From Candidatus Saccharimonadales bacterium (lineage in GTDB: Bacteria > Patescibacteriota > Saccharimonadia > Saccharimonadales > EFPC-124): a DNA stretch of 64,000 nucleotides. Within the stretch, counting starts at the first letter, position 1. Each line of letters starts with the position of its first letter. The notes below the pieces were generated by a model. The model searched no databases. It was not told where the DNA came from and worked only from the letters and a program-made list of their open reading frames with translations. Shown one piece after another: positions 49,172 to 58,270 of the stretch. A program made the position numbers and the translations under genes. The DNA lies in contig DATIBO010000006.1 of NCBI GenBank assembly GCA_035457485.1, positions 690,659 to 754,658 on the forward strand, in the 5' to 3' direction.

Positions 49172-49759
49172 ATGGCCCTAGAAACAGATAAAGAATTTAA
49201 GAATTACAAAACCAAACCCAGCGTTGTGGTAGTTTACACTGGCGACAGCAAAGGCAAAACCAGCGCTAGCATTGGCTTGATGTGTCGCGCCCTCGGCACA
49301 GATTGGCGTGTTGCTTTTGTGCAGTTTATTAAACACTGGGAAGTAGGCGAGCACAAGTTTTTCAACAAAATCATACCCGTTATGGGCGATCAATTAGTGT
49401 TCTACAAAGGTGGAAAAGGTTTTTATAACGCCGGAGCGCTCAGCGCAAAACAGGTGAGTAATGACGACCATAGGAACGCAGCGTTACAAACTTACGAATT
49501 CGCACTTAAAAGCGTAAAAAGTGGAGAATTTAACCTTGTAATTTGCGATGAGATCAACAACGCCGTAAAAGATGGCTTACTTACCGCAAAACATTTAGAA
49601 AAACTAATCGACGCGCGCCAGGCGAACACAAGTCTATGCCTAACAGGCAGAAATTTCCCTAAAGAATTATTACCAAAAACCGATATTGTTACAAACATGG
49701 TAAAAATAAAACATCATTTTGACGAAAAATACCTTGCAAACGAGGGCATAGACTATTAA
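49172..49759 (+). CDS. cobO: cob(I)yrinic acid a,c-diamide adenosyltransferase (CobA/CobO/BtuR family)
   Basis: Motifs VVVYTGDSKGKTSA, FVQFIK, LVICDEINNAV. ATG at 49172 preferred over 49145. Confidence 0.75.
   Translation: MALETDKEFKNYKTKPSVVVVYTGDSKGKTSASIGLMCRALGTDWRVAFVQFIKHWEVGEHKFFNKIIPVMGDQLVFYKGGKGFYNAGALSAKQVSNDDHRNAALQTYEFALKSVKSGEFNLVICDEINNAVKDGLLTAKHLEKLIDARQANTSLCLTGRNFPKELLPKTDIVTNMVKIKHHFDEKYLANEGIDY
49733..49758 (+). repeat. 26-bp direct repeat, copy 1 (the last codons of cobO)
   Basis: CTTGCAAACGAGGGCATAGACTATTA, identical to 50373-50398. Confidence 0.95.
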
Positions 49760-49801
49760 GATACTTTGTAAGTAGCTCACTGGGGGTTAGGTTGTGGCTA
49801 A

Positions 49802-50032
49802 ATGGCCAAGGCTGGCAAGGATCGCGTACGCCAGGCGGCAGCGGGACTCGGGATCATCGGCATGATCTTCGGGGCTGGCAGCACGAGCGGCGGCGTTCCG
49901 AAGAAGACCTTCGACGCGGGTTCCTCGCTGTACCGCAGCGGGAGGAGTCAGCAGCGACAGCAGCAGAGCTCACACCTGCGGAGCGGCACCGACAGCTCGA
50001 ACCGCCGGCGCGGTGGCAGTGGCCAGCGCTGA
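49802..50032 (+). CDS. 76-aa GC-rich ORF (one hydrophobic segment, S/R/Q-rich tail), possibly a gene fragment
   Basis: G/C-dominated third codon positions in this frame. Low-complexity product. Confidence 0.3.
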   Translation: MAKAGKDRVRQAAAGLGIIGMIFGAGSTSGGVPKKTFDAGSSLYRSGRSQQRQQQSSHLRSGTDSSNRRRGGSGQR

Positions 50033-50125
50033 TGGTACGAGGATCTGACGAAAGCCGGATCTGACAATCATCAAAACAGGGCTGCTCATAATCATTCGTG
50101 ATATTGAGCAGCCCTGCAGTTAGAC

Positions 50126-50344
50126 TTAAAAACCCAAAACATCTTTGATTGATTCCATAGCATCGCTGAATTTATAATCCACAACTAGCATAATCCCTGC
50201 GATTGCAATCCCCACCGCAGGGATTATAACAATCAACCAGTCCCATTTTTGCGCTAATATCTGACTAGCGACAAATATAATAGCAGCCAGAGCCATAACA
50301 ATAATCACACCGCCAAGAATTTTCTTAAAAATATTTTTGTTCAT
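50126..50344 (-). CDS. small two-TM membrane protein
   Basis: 72 aa, two hydrophobic helices, AT-rich native-like composition. Confidence 0.45.
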   Translation of the reverse strand: MNKNIFKKILGGVIIVMALAAIIFVASQILAQKWDWLIVIIPAVGIAIAGIMLVVDYKFSDAMESIKDVLGF

Positions 50345-50372
50345 TCTGACATTCTAAGATTTATTAATAACT

Positions 50373-50398
50373 CTTGCAAACGAGGGCATAGACTATTA
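50373..50398 (+). repeat. 26-bp direct repeat, copy 2 (orphan cobO 3' end)
   Basis: Identical to 49733-49758. Here it is followed by G (TAG) instead of A (TAA). Confidence 0.95.
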
Positions 50399-50500
50399 GT
50401 ATGTTTGTGGGGAGTTCCGCTTCGGCGTGAGCTCTCCACCAGCTATTATTCGCGAGTAAAAACAATTGGGCGCTCACGGCGTCTTTTTTAAAGGAGTAGT

Positions 50501-50776
50501 ATGGCAGTAGAATCAGCTAGCCGTCCCTGGGAAATGGACGCGCCTAAAGATGCGGTGGCAGAATCAATGAGTGGTGTAAATTACGGCTACGAATGGGAGA
50601 AGCCGGGAGCTTGGGGTAGAGAGCACAACATCCCTGCCGAAGTTATGGCACAGATTGAGGTTTCGGCTCCATTTTTTGTGACATCTAAGATGGCTAAAAA
50701 AGCGATCACAATGGCAATCGGCCATCAACCGCAAATGCGCCCACTCGACCTAGAATCCGCTACAACTACTAGCTAA
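50501..50776 (+). CDS. hypothetical 91-aa protein
   Basis: AGGAG SD. No motif recognised. Confidence 0.4.
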   Translation: MAVESASRPWEMDAPKDAVAESMSGVNYGYEWEKPGAWGREHNIPAEVMAQIEVSAPFFVTSKMAKKAITMAIGHQPQMRPLDLESATTTS

Positions 50777-52019
50777 TCTTTTTGTATAGATCAATAATCT
50801 TTTTAGCTTGAGCTTTTTCGGATAACCTGCCAGCAATAATTTTACCCTTCGCAGACATGCTTTTTTGCAACTTGTCATCATTTAAGATTGCTGCAATCTT
50901 GTTGGCCATATCCTTGGCGTTGTTTTTACAGTAAAAGCCATTCTCGCCATTTTTAACGACCTCGCTCACTAACGGATCGCACATTACAATTGGCACGCCC
51001 GCCAATGCAGCCTCGTGTAAGACTAGCCCCTGAGTGTCACTGAGCGACGGGAAAGCAAAGACCTTTGCAATACTTAGCGGAATTCCGAGTTTTTCGCGTG
51101 GCATTCTGCCGGTAAAAATTATTCTAGCATTATTAGATTTCTTAGCATTTCTCTCGAGCGTCTCGCGGTAATCAAAATCACCTACAAAAATCAGCTTAGC
51201 ATTTGGACGCTTTTTGATTAAATCAGGCATCATGTCGATCAACAGATCTAAATTTTTTTCCTGACTTAAGCGCCCTACATAAATTACAACCTCGTCAGTT
51301 GGAGAAATTTTATACTTTTTGCAAAATTCATCTCGCTCTGTCTGGTTTGCCTTAGGCAATGGATCTACACCTGTAGGGATCAAATAAGTTCGATAATTAA
51401 ATTCATCTTTTTGCCAAGATGCCAACTGGCGCGCGCTCTTTTTGGAATGCACGATCACCGTATTGCAACTACTGTGAAGGATTGTCATTAAGTCACGAAT
51501 CAGGCTTTTATTCCATTTGCCAATACCGAGGCGCGGCCTACTGGATCGATAAAGCTCAAATAACTGATCTTTGGTCATGGGGATTGCCAGTGGCAAAAGC
51601 AAAAGCGCGGTAATCAAAACTGGCAACGCAAAAGGATAGTGTTCAACGTACTCAAACAGATCGGTGCAATACTCACTGACAACCGGAATTTTTAGCTCAT
51701 GCGCTGCGTAAAGCCCCATTAAGCCAACCTGGCCGGGTGTCAAAAAGTGAATCACATCAAGATCAAGCTTTTTAATATCATTTAAAAGCATTGGCGGAAA
51801 AAACAGCGGCGTGTTTAAATCGTTGAAAAGACCGCCCTTAAAAGTGGGAAATTTGTAAACATGAACGTCGGCTGTCTGTTCGATTCGTAAGCCTTCGCCC
51901 GGCGCAAACACAAACACCTCATGACCCAATAGGGTAAAGTTATGGCGCAAGATATCTACAACCGACACTACCCCGTTGATTGACGGATGGTATGTATCGG
52001 TAAAAATTCCGATTTTCAT
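50769..52019 (-). CDS. glycosyltransferase family 4
   Basis: 416 aa. N-terminus KIGIFTDTYHPSINGV, C-terminus FPSLSDTQGLVLHEAALAGVPIV (GT-B EX7E region). Confidence 0.8.
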   Translation of the reverse strand: MKIGIFTDTYHPSINGVVSVVDILRHNFTLLGHEVFVFAPGEGLRIEQTADVHVYKFPTFKGGLFNDLNTPLFFPPMLLNDIKKLDLDVIHFLTPGQVGLMGLYAAHELKIPVVSEYCTDLFEYVEHYPFALPVLITALLLLPLAIPMTKDQLFELYRSSRPRLGIGKWNKSLIRDLMTILHSSCNTVIVHSKKSARQLASWQKDEFNYRTYLIPTGVDPLPKANQTERDEFCKKYKISPTDEVVIYVGRLSQEKNLDLLIDMMPDLIKKRPNAKLIFVGDFDYRETLERNAKKSNNARIIFTGRMPREKLGIPLSIAKVFAFPSLSDTQGLVLHEAALAGVPIVMCDPLVSEVVKNGENGFYCKNNAKDMANKIAAILNDDKLQKSMSAKGKIIAGRLSEKAQAKKIIDLYKKIS

Positions 52020-52101
52020 TTACTCTTAGTATAGCATTCGTCAGGTGGTTTAAGAAGCCGAAACTCCCCAAACCGCTAACGGTTTGCTAGAATATAATCA
52101 A

Positions 52102-53139
52102 ATGAAAAAACCAAAACCAGTAAAATTTACTAAGCAAAAATGGGTTAGAGTTGTTGCAGTTATTTTGGCAATTTTAGGCACAATTTTTGTAATTTTCGCA
52201 TTGTTGTATGCGTTTGTCTTTACTCCTGTAAAAAACCCAAGATATGGCGTAAGTTTCGTCAAAGAACGAGCCGAAGAGTATGATCTTGACTGGCGCGAAA
52301 ATTACCTGGCGCTTTTAGATGATCTAAAAATACGCAATTTTAGGCTAGTTAGTTACTGGAGTGCACACGAGCCAAAACGCGGTGAGTTCGATTTTAGCGC
52401 ACTAGATTGGCAAATGGACGAAGCAGCAAAGCGCGGCGCAAAAGTGAGTTTGTCTATAGGTATGCGTCAGCCGCGCTGGCCAGAATGCCACGAACCCGGT
52501 TGGGCACATTTACTAGGCGGCCACGAGTGGAAGCAAGCTCTTTATGCCTACATGGAAATCGTGGTTAACCGGTACAAAAATCACCCTGCACTCGAAAGTT
52601 ATCAACTAGAAAACGAAGCGGTAAACAATTGGTTTGGAACTTGCCGCGAGCCCGATCGAGAGCGTTTAATAGAAGAGTTTAATTTTGTAAAACAATGGGA
52701 TCCAAACCACCCTATTTACATGAGTCTAAGCGACCAGCATGGCATACCGGTAAACCAACCGGTGCCAGACAAATACGGCTACTCAGTTTATCGCTGGCTC
52801 TGGAACGACAAAACCGTGCCAAATGGTTATATTTTGTACCCGACTCCAATTTGGTATCACCGATTACGAGCTGAAGTAATTAAACTAACCAAAAATCGCG
52901 ACATTTTTATCCACGAATTACAGATGGAGCCGTGGGGACCCGAAGAAACTAAGAACTTAAGCATCGAAGAACAAAACCGATCCATGAGCGTAGACCAAAT
53001 TCCTAAGTCGTTTGATTTTGGGCGACGCATCGGCAGTCCGGACATTAGTCTTTGGGGCGGCGAATGGTGGTACTGGCGCAAAGTAAACGGGGATGCTAGT
53101 ATCTGGGAGAAAGTTCGCGAACAATTAAACGCCCCATGA
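52102..53139 (+). CDS. membrane-anchored putative glycoside hydrolase (TIM-barrel, GH5/GH42-like)
   Basis: N-terminal TM helix. YQLENEAVN (an NE acid/base-type motif) and HELQMEPW (a candidate nucleophile Glu). Confidence 0.45.
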   Translation: MKKPKPVKFTKQKWVRVVAVILAILGTIFVIFALLYAFVFTPVKNPRYGVSFVKERAEEYDLDWRENYLALLDDLKIRNFRLVSYWSAHEPKRGEFDFSALDWQMDEAAKRGAKVSLSIGMRQPRWPECHEPGWAHLLGGHEWKQALYAYMEIVVNRYKNHPALESYQLENEAVNNWFGTCREPDRERLIEEFNFVKQWDPNHPIYMSLSDQHGIPVNQPVPDKYGYSVYRWLWNDKTVPNGYILYPTPIWYHRLRAEVIKLTKNRDIFIHELQMEPWGPEETKNLSIEEQNRSMSVDQIPKSFDFGRRIGSPDISLWGGEWWYWRKVNGDASIWEKVREQLNAP

Positions 53140-53966
53140 AAAATCAGATCAACATCTTTGGAAGCACTGTCAAGTATTGGGTTTTTAATGCCGATAAGCC
53201 TAAGACCTTGGTTATGATCCACGGTTTTAGGGGGACGCATCATGGCTTGCAGCTGATAATCGACCGTTTGCCGGACTTTAAAATAATCATCCCTGATCTC
53301 CCTGGCTTTGGCGAATCGACTCCGCTTAAAAACAAGCCACATACAATAAACGGTTACTGCGACTTTTTAAAAGAATTTATCAAACGAGTAGCGCCCGAAC
53401 AGCCCTTTTTATTGGGTCACTCGTTTGGATCAATTATAGTCAGCCATTTTGCAGCAAAAAACCCAAACGCAATCAGCAAATTGATTTTGATTAACGCTAT
53501 CGCCGAACCCCCGCTAAAGGGCCCGCAAAAAGTAGCCACTAAGATTGCAGTTTTATATTATTGGCTAGGGCAAAAACTACCACAAAAAATGGGCGAAAAA
53601 ATGCTACGAAGCAAAATCGTCATATTTGGCGCCAGTTTATTGATGACAACTACCAAAGATAAAGCGCTGCGCAAATTTATCCACGAAAATCATTTAAAAT
53701 ACTTTAGTACTTTTCAAGATCGCGACACTTTGCGTGAAGCTTTTGAAGCCAGCACAAAAAATACTGCGAGCGACAAAGCTGACGTCATTAAGGTTCCAAC
53801 ACTAATGATCGCAGGCGAGCTTGATAAAATTGCACCCTTAAGAAGTCAGCACAACTTAGTAAAAATAATTCCTGACGCCCAGTTGGTTGTTTTTAAAGCT
53901 GGGCACCTGATTCATCACGAGGCGCCAACCGAAGCTGCTAGCTCGATACGAAACTTCTTAACTTAG
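53136..53966 (+). CDS. alpha/beta hydrolase
   Basis: Motifs HGFRGTHH, GHSFGS nucleophile elbow, C-terminal GHLIHHE. Confidence 0.75.
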   Translation: MKNQINIFGSTVKYWVFNADKPKTLVMIHGFRGTHHGLQLIIDRLPDFKIIIPDLPGFGESTPLKNKPHTINGYCDFLKEFIKRVAPEQPFLLGHSFGSIIVSHFAAKNPNAISKLILINAIAEPPLKGPQKVATKIAVLYYWLGQKLPQKMGEKMLRSKIVIFGASLLMTTTKDKALRKFIHENHLKYFSTFQDRDTLREAFEASTKNTASDKADVIKVPTLMIAGELDKIAPLRSQHNLVKIIPDAQLVVFKAGHLIHHEAPTEAASSIRNFLT

Positions 53967-55164
53967 CCGAAAACGGTTTACGTGGCTTGTAGTTTTTTAA
54001 AACCTCGGCGTAAATTTCTTCGAATCGAGTTAGGGTAAATTCCAGATCATGAGTTTTGGCAATTCTAAGTGCCTGAACCCCCATATTAGATTGAAGTTTT
54101 TCGTCTTTTAAGATCGCTATGATTTTTGTAGACATACTTTTAGAATCATCAGGTTTACACAAATAACCATTCAGGCCATCTTGGCAAAGTTCGTGCAGGG
54201 CACCGGCGTTAACTGCAACCGATGGCAAACCGGTCGCCATAGCCTCAAGCAAAGTTAAGCACTGAAGTTCGGCAGGTGAGGGCATTACGAAAACAGTTCC
54301 GCATCTGTAAAGTGGCGCCAAGTCTTCGTCGTCAACTCGGCCAGTCATTGTTACATTACTAAGTAGGTCGAATTCGCGAATAAGCTCGCGCAGGTTTTCG
54401 GCATCATTACCATGTCCAACAATCACCAAGTGTGCATCTATCTCGGCCAAAACTTTTGGCATAGCACGCACTAAGGTGCTAATGTGTTTTTCTCCGTCAA
54501 CGCGACCAACATATAAAATTATTGGTTTATTTTTTGGGATTCCGAAGTAACTCTTAAACTGCGCCTTTACCTCGCCAGGCGAAAAGCGACTCAAATCAAT
54601 TCCGTTAGAAACTGCCTCGAGCGGCATCTTGAACTCTTTTTCATCTAAAAACATTTTAACGGCAGCCTGGGTTGGCATAGTTATATAGTCAACGTTACTA
54701 TGAAAACGCAAACCGTACTCTTTAACTAAACTTGCAAGCGGTTCAGCAAAGGGCGCCATCAACCTCATTTGCTTAAGATTGTCTTGGACGTTCTCGGGCA
54801 TCGCGTGATTAGTGGCGACGACAGGAATATTAAGTTTTCGAGCTGAATTACGAGCCGCTAAACCCAGTCCGAGCGGAGTTTGGATATGAACGAGGTCAGG
54901 TTTAAAGTCCGTAATTATTTTTTTAACCTCTGGCTGAGGATTCAAAACCATGCGGTAATTGGGAAAAAACGGGAAGGGGATAGAAGTTGTTCGCGCAATC
55001 TGGTAGTTGTCGTCAGTTTCGACAAATTTTTTACCATCCTGCGAAGGTGCGATCACCAAAACTTCATGGCCACGCGCTGACAGACCCTTAGCTAAGTTTC
55101 GGGTAAAAGTTGCTATTCCGTTAATCGCCGGCCAGTATAAATCGCATGCAAGAACAATACGCAT
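53938..55164 (-). CDS. glycosyltransferase family 4
   Basis: 408 aa. N-terminus MRIVLACDLYWPAINGIA, C-terminus MPSPAELQCLTLLEAMATGLPSV. Confidence 0.8.
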   Translation of the reverse strand: MRIVLACDLYWPAINGIATFTRNLAKGLSARGHEVLVIAPSQDGKKFVETDDNYQIARTTSIPFPFFPNYRMVLNPQPEVKKIITDFKPDLVHIQTPLGLGLAARNSARKLNIPVVATNHAMPENVQDNLKQMRLMAPFAEPLASLVKEYGLRFHSNVDYITMPTQAAVKMFLDEKEFKMPLEAVSNGIDLSRFSPGEVKAQFKSYFGIPKNKPIILYVGRVDGEKHISTLVRAMPKVLAEIDAHLVIVGHGNDAENLRELIREFDLLSNVTMTGRVDDEDLAPLYRCGTVFVMPSPAELQCLTLLEAMATGLPSVAVNAGALHELCQDGLNGYLCKPDDSKSMSTKIIAILKDEKLQSNMGVQALRIAKTHDLEFTLTRFEEIYAEVLKNYKPRKPFSAKLRSFVSS

Positions 55165-55199
55165 ATCTTGTATTGTATATTATAATATAGCCAAAGCGT

Positions 55200-56384
55200 A
55201 TGAAAATAGCCTTAGTTACAGACTTTTATTTACCTAGCCTTGGGGGTTTACAGACTTCCACGGTTAATCAGCGTAAAGCGCTCGAAAACAGCGGTAACGA
55301 GGTTTTTGTATTTACAGCAAAGTACGATAAAGCAGAGCCCACTGACGATAGTCACGTTATTAGAGTGACCAGTAGGAATATGCCGGGCCTAGGTTTCCCG
55401 GTAGTATCGCCATCGGAAAAGTTAAAAAGCTTTTTGTTAAAAGAATTTTCAAAGCGCAAAATTGATGTTATTCATATTCAAACCGAATTTGGTCTAGCGC
55501 AGACCGCGATGTGGGCAGGCAACGAGCTGGGAATTCCTGTTTTTTATACTTCACACACTTACTCCTGGAAAACCGCTTATCCGATTCCGCGACTCCAAGC
55601 AAAAGTTATTCAAATTTTTTACAGATTTTTGTTTGGAACAGACCTAAAAATGGTCGACAGCATTCCGGGCGAGGACAGTGCTTCGCGCGCCCTGCGTAGT
55701 ATCCGAACAGTGGTTAACAAGCGAGCTGACGTTTTAATTTGCCCATCAAAGCATATGTTCGAAGCACTAAATCCTGAGCGCGACCAAAAACCTGGTTTTG
55801 TGGTTCCTAACCCGGTTACAGCAATCAGTAAGCTCGCACCAAGACCTCTACCAGAAGTGGTTCGGTTTGTTTGGCCATCGCGCATAGAGCCAGAGAAGAG
55901 GATTTTAGAATTTATCGAAGCAGTTTTAATTGCAAACAAGTTAACTAAAATACCGTTTTTTGTCGATATCATTGGCGAGGGTGCGCTACTCGAAAAAGCC
56001 AAGCTATTGGCCGAGGGAGCAAAAAATATAAAATTCCATGGACGTTTAACGCAAGATCAAACGGTCACAATTATGGATAAAGACAGCTTAGTCGTGATCT
56101 CATCAAGCGGCTACGACAACCAGCCAATGATTATCGCCGAAGCACTGAGCAGAGACAGGGGAGTGCTTTACTGCGACCCAAACTTAAACGACAGCCTTAA
56201 AAAAGCTGGGTATTTGTCTGGCGACCAACCAAAGCAACTTGCACGAGCGATTAAAGAATTAGTTGAAGATCCAAGCAAAATCAAAGCCCTAGCTGAGGCC
56301 GCGAAAGTCAATAAAGATCAGTTTTCAGAGCAAACTTACAGCCAAACAATCACTGATCTTTATAAAAAGTTCGCCTCTAAATAA
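55200..56384 (+). CDS. glycosyltransferase family 4
   Basis: 394 aa. N-terminus MKIALVTDFYLPSLGGLQ, C-terminal GT-B domain. Confidence 0.75.
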   Translation: MKIALVTDFYLPSLGGLQTSTVNQRKALENSGNEVFVFTAKYDKAEPTDDSHVIRVTSRNMPGLGFPVVSPSEKLKSFLLKEFSKRKIDVIHIQTEFGLAQTAMWAGNELGIPVFYTSHTYSWKTAYPIPRLQAKVIQIFYRFLFGTDLKMVDSIPGEDSASRALRSIRTVVNKRADVLICPSKHMFEALNPERDQKPGFVVPNPVTAISKLAPRPLPEVVRFVWPSRIEPEKRILEFIEAVLIANKLTKIPFFVDIIGEGALLEKAKLLAEGAKNIKFHGRLTQDQTVTIMDKDSLVVISSSGYDNQPMIIAEALSRDRGVLYCDPNLNDSLKKAGYLSGDQPKQLARAIKELVEDPSKIKALAEAAKVNKDQFSEQTYSQTITDLYKKFASK

Positions 56385-56467
56385 CCTATACTTTTTGTGC
56401 AAAATATTATATAGTATGTAAGCTCTAAGAGTACCTTTTAGCTTTGTCCTACATTGGAGGTGGCTCC

Positions 56468-57418
56468 ATGCTTTGGAGCACAGCCCAGAGAACAATTCTG
56501 GGCATGCAACTCGCCGGACTTGGCGTCGTGGGACTATACCACGCGTGCATGATGTTCGGGCGAGTAAACCCGGTTGGGAGGATCGGGGTAGCTGTCGGTG
56601 CGGTCATCTGTCTGCTTTTCGTCAGTAACGGCGTAGGCATGGCGGACTTCGTTACGCCGACGCGGCCGACGATCTTCCGATCGTCCAACGGACACGCGGA
56701 TCTATTCTTCGTGCCGGGCTACAACGGCAACTCGCAGTCCCTGCACGAGATCCTGGCCCCCTGGACCCGACCCTACGCGACCGCTGGTATCCAGTACGCG
56801 CCTGGTCGCTTCGACGGAGCGCAGGCCGAGCTGGCTGTGCGAGACTTCATCCGAGAACACGGACCCGAGGTCGTCTACAGTGAGTCGATGGGTGCGCCAA
56901 TCGTTCTGGGAGCTCTGCGCCGCGGAGCAACGATCGACACCTGGGTCATCAACGCTGGCCCGGCGAGCCCTTCCAACGTGCGGCCGTGGCAGACGATCAT
57001 CGGATCGATCATGCACGGTGGCCCCGGCCTCACCGCACTGATGCAGCTCGGTCAGAGGGCTTCGATCAACTGGATAACCACCGACGCCAGTCGCATGCCG
57101 GCCAGCCAGGCCGCATACGAACGAAGCACTCATCTGACGTCGCCAATGGCGTTCGGCATGATGGAGTACCTGCGCAGCTTCGAACCGGTTCAACCGGGCG
57201 AGCTCGTCGGCAAGGTTCGCCGGGTGATCTTCGTCAGCGCTCCAGGGGAGTACGACGACCGGATCAACACCGCGAATGCAAGTGGTCGCTGGATGCTGGC
57301 ATCCGGTACGATGTATTCGCGCCGGATCCTCAGCAAGGTTCCGCGTCACGGTCACTGCATGACACCGGAGTACCCAGAAGGCGTCGGAACTGTGCTGTAC
57401 GAACTGCTCGAAAGCTAA
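56468..57418 (+). CDS. membrane-anchored alpha/beta-hydrolase-like protein, GC-rich islet
   Basis: GGAGGTGG SD before the ATG at 56468. Two N-terminal TM helices, YSESMGA nucleophile-elbow-like motif, C-terminal HGHC. A 10-bp-stem hairpin lies at 57424-57463. Confidence 0.55.
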   Translation: MLWSTAQRTILGMQLAGLGVVGLYHACMMFGRVNPVGRIGVAVGAVICLLFVSNGVGMADFVTPTRPTIFRSSNGHADLFFVPGYNGNSQSLHEILAPWTRPYATAGIQYAPGRFDGAQAELAVRDFIREHGPEVVYSESMGAPIVLGALRRGATIDTWVINAGPASPSNVRPWQTIIGSIMHGGPGLTALMQLGQRASINWITTDASRMPASQAAYERSTHLTSPMAFGMMEYLRSFEPVQPGELVGKVRRVIFVSAPGEYDDRINTANASGRWMLASGTMYSRRILSKVPRHGHCMTPEYPEGVGTVLYELLES

Positions 57419-57621
57419 AAGGCTGCGCCCGCAAACCCCATAAAAAGGGTCACTGCGGGCGCAAAAGCCCATGAAATTATTTAACAGATCATAATTATTT
57501 GCTAACAGAGGTGTATTTATGTACATAATCATTGCTTTTTTAACATAAACATGTTATAGTATTTATCACGTTGGAGGGTAACCCTACTCTTCGACAGAAA
57601 CTTCCCATCTGAGGAGACATT

Positions 57622-58155
57622 GTGAACCGGATCATCCGCAACGTTGGCATGTTGCTGGCCTCGGCTGCCCTCGTGGCCGCCTGCGCCGACACCGCCAACG
57701 AGCCCGTCCAGTCGACCCCCGTGGTCGCTACGCCGTACGCCGCACTCAACCCGAGCCCGGCGCCGGCAGGCATCGAGAACTGCGAGAACATCCCCCTGCA
57801 GAGCAGCAACTTCCACAACGGAGAGTGGCTGCAGATGGGAGCTAGCAACCTGACGTTCTCGATCGACGCCACGATTACCCCCAAAGGCAAGAACAGCTTC
57901 ATCATCACCTTCGACTTCAACGGTCACCGTGACGAGCAGTTCGCCGCATGGTTCGGCAAGGTCGACACCGCGAACCCCCGCAACATCAGCTGGAAGCTCT
58001 ACAGCGCCCAGCTGATGGAGCAGGGCGTGACGGTCGACAACGGCCGCTACACGATCTTCCAGGTCTTCGCGGATCCGTCCGCGTGCCCGGTCCCCATGAT
58101 CGGCGGGCTCGTCATTGACGAGCTCAAGGCCGCGGGTCAGTGGCCCACAAACTAA
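57622..58155 (+). CDS. lipoprotein of unknown function, GC-rich islet
   Basis: GTG start after GAGGAG. Signal peptide with lipobox LVAAC. An 11-bp perfect-stem hairpin lies at 58169-58204. Confidence 0.6.
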   Translation: MNRIIRNVGMLLASAALVAACADTANEPVQSTPVVATPYAALNPSPAPAGIENCENIPLQSSNFHNGEWLQMGASNLTFSIDATITPKGKNSFIITFDFNGHRDEQFAAWFGKVDTANPRNISWKLYSAQLMEQGVTVDNGRYTIFQVFADPSACPVPMIGGLVIDELKAAGQWPTN

Positions 58156-58225
58156 GTCTCCTCGTTGGCCGCGAGCGCCCTGGCACCCGCCTAGGCGCTC
58201 GCGGAAACGAGCCTAAAATTATTCA

Positions 58226-58250
58226 CCTCGGTATCGAGGATTTTTTTATT
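58226..58250 (+). terminator. rho-independent terminator
   Basis: CCTCG-GTAT-CGAGG followed by ATTTTTTTATTTT. Confidence 0.65.
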
Positions 58251-58270
58251 TTAAGATATACTTACATCAG

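Larger units (their letters stand above)
49759..50372. mobile_element. 614-bp segment enclosed by the 26-bp direct repeats (candidate site-specific insertion remnant)
   Basis: Bounded by perfect direct repeats. The left half is GC-rich and the right half AT-rich. Two convergent small ORFs are separated by a 12-bp perfect-stem hairpin (50077-50116). No recombinase gene inside. Confidence 0.35.

Noticed and set aside
49792-50064. Alternative 90-aa frame (MWLNGQGWQG..) in the direct-repeat-bounded insert.
   Set aside because: It has a non-ATG start without an SD and is Arg/Gly/Trp-rich. The overlapping 49802-50032 frame has the G/C third-position bias expected of the true, or ancestral, coding frame.
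56702-57927. Minus-strand ORFs of 276, 132 and 126 aa, and + strand alternative frames (56986-57474, 57644-57853), in the GC-rich islets.
   Set aside because: - They overlap the better-supported + strand genes, which have an SD, signal peptide or TM helices, and a GC3 bias.
- Their products are Arg/Gly/Pro-rich without motifs.
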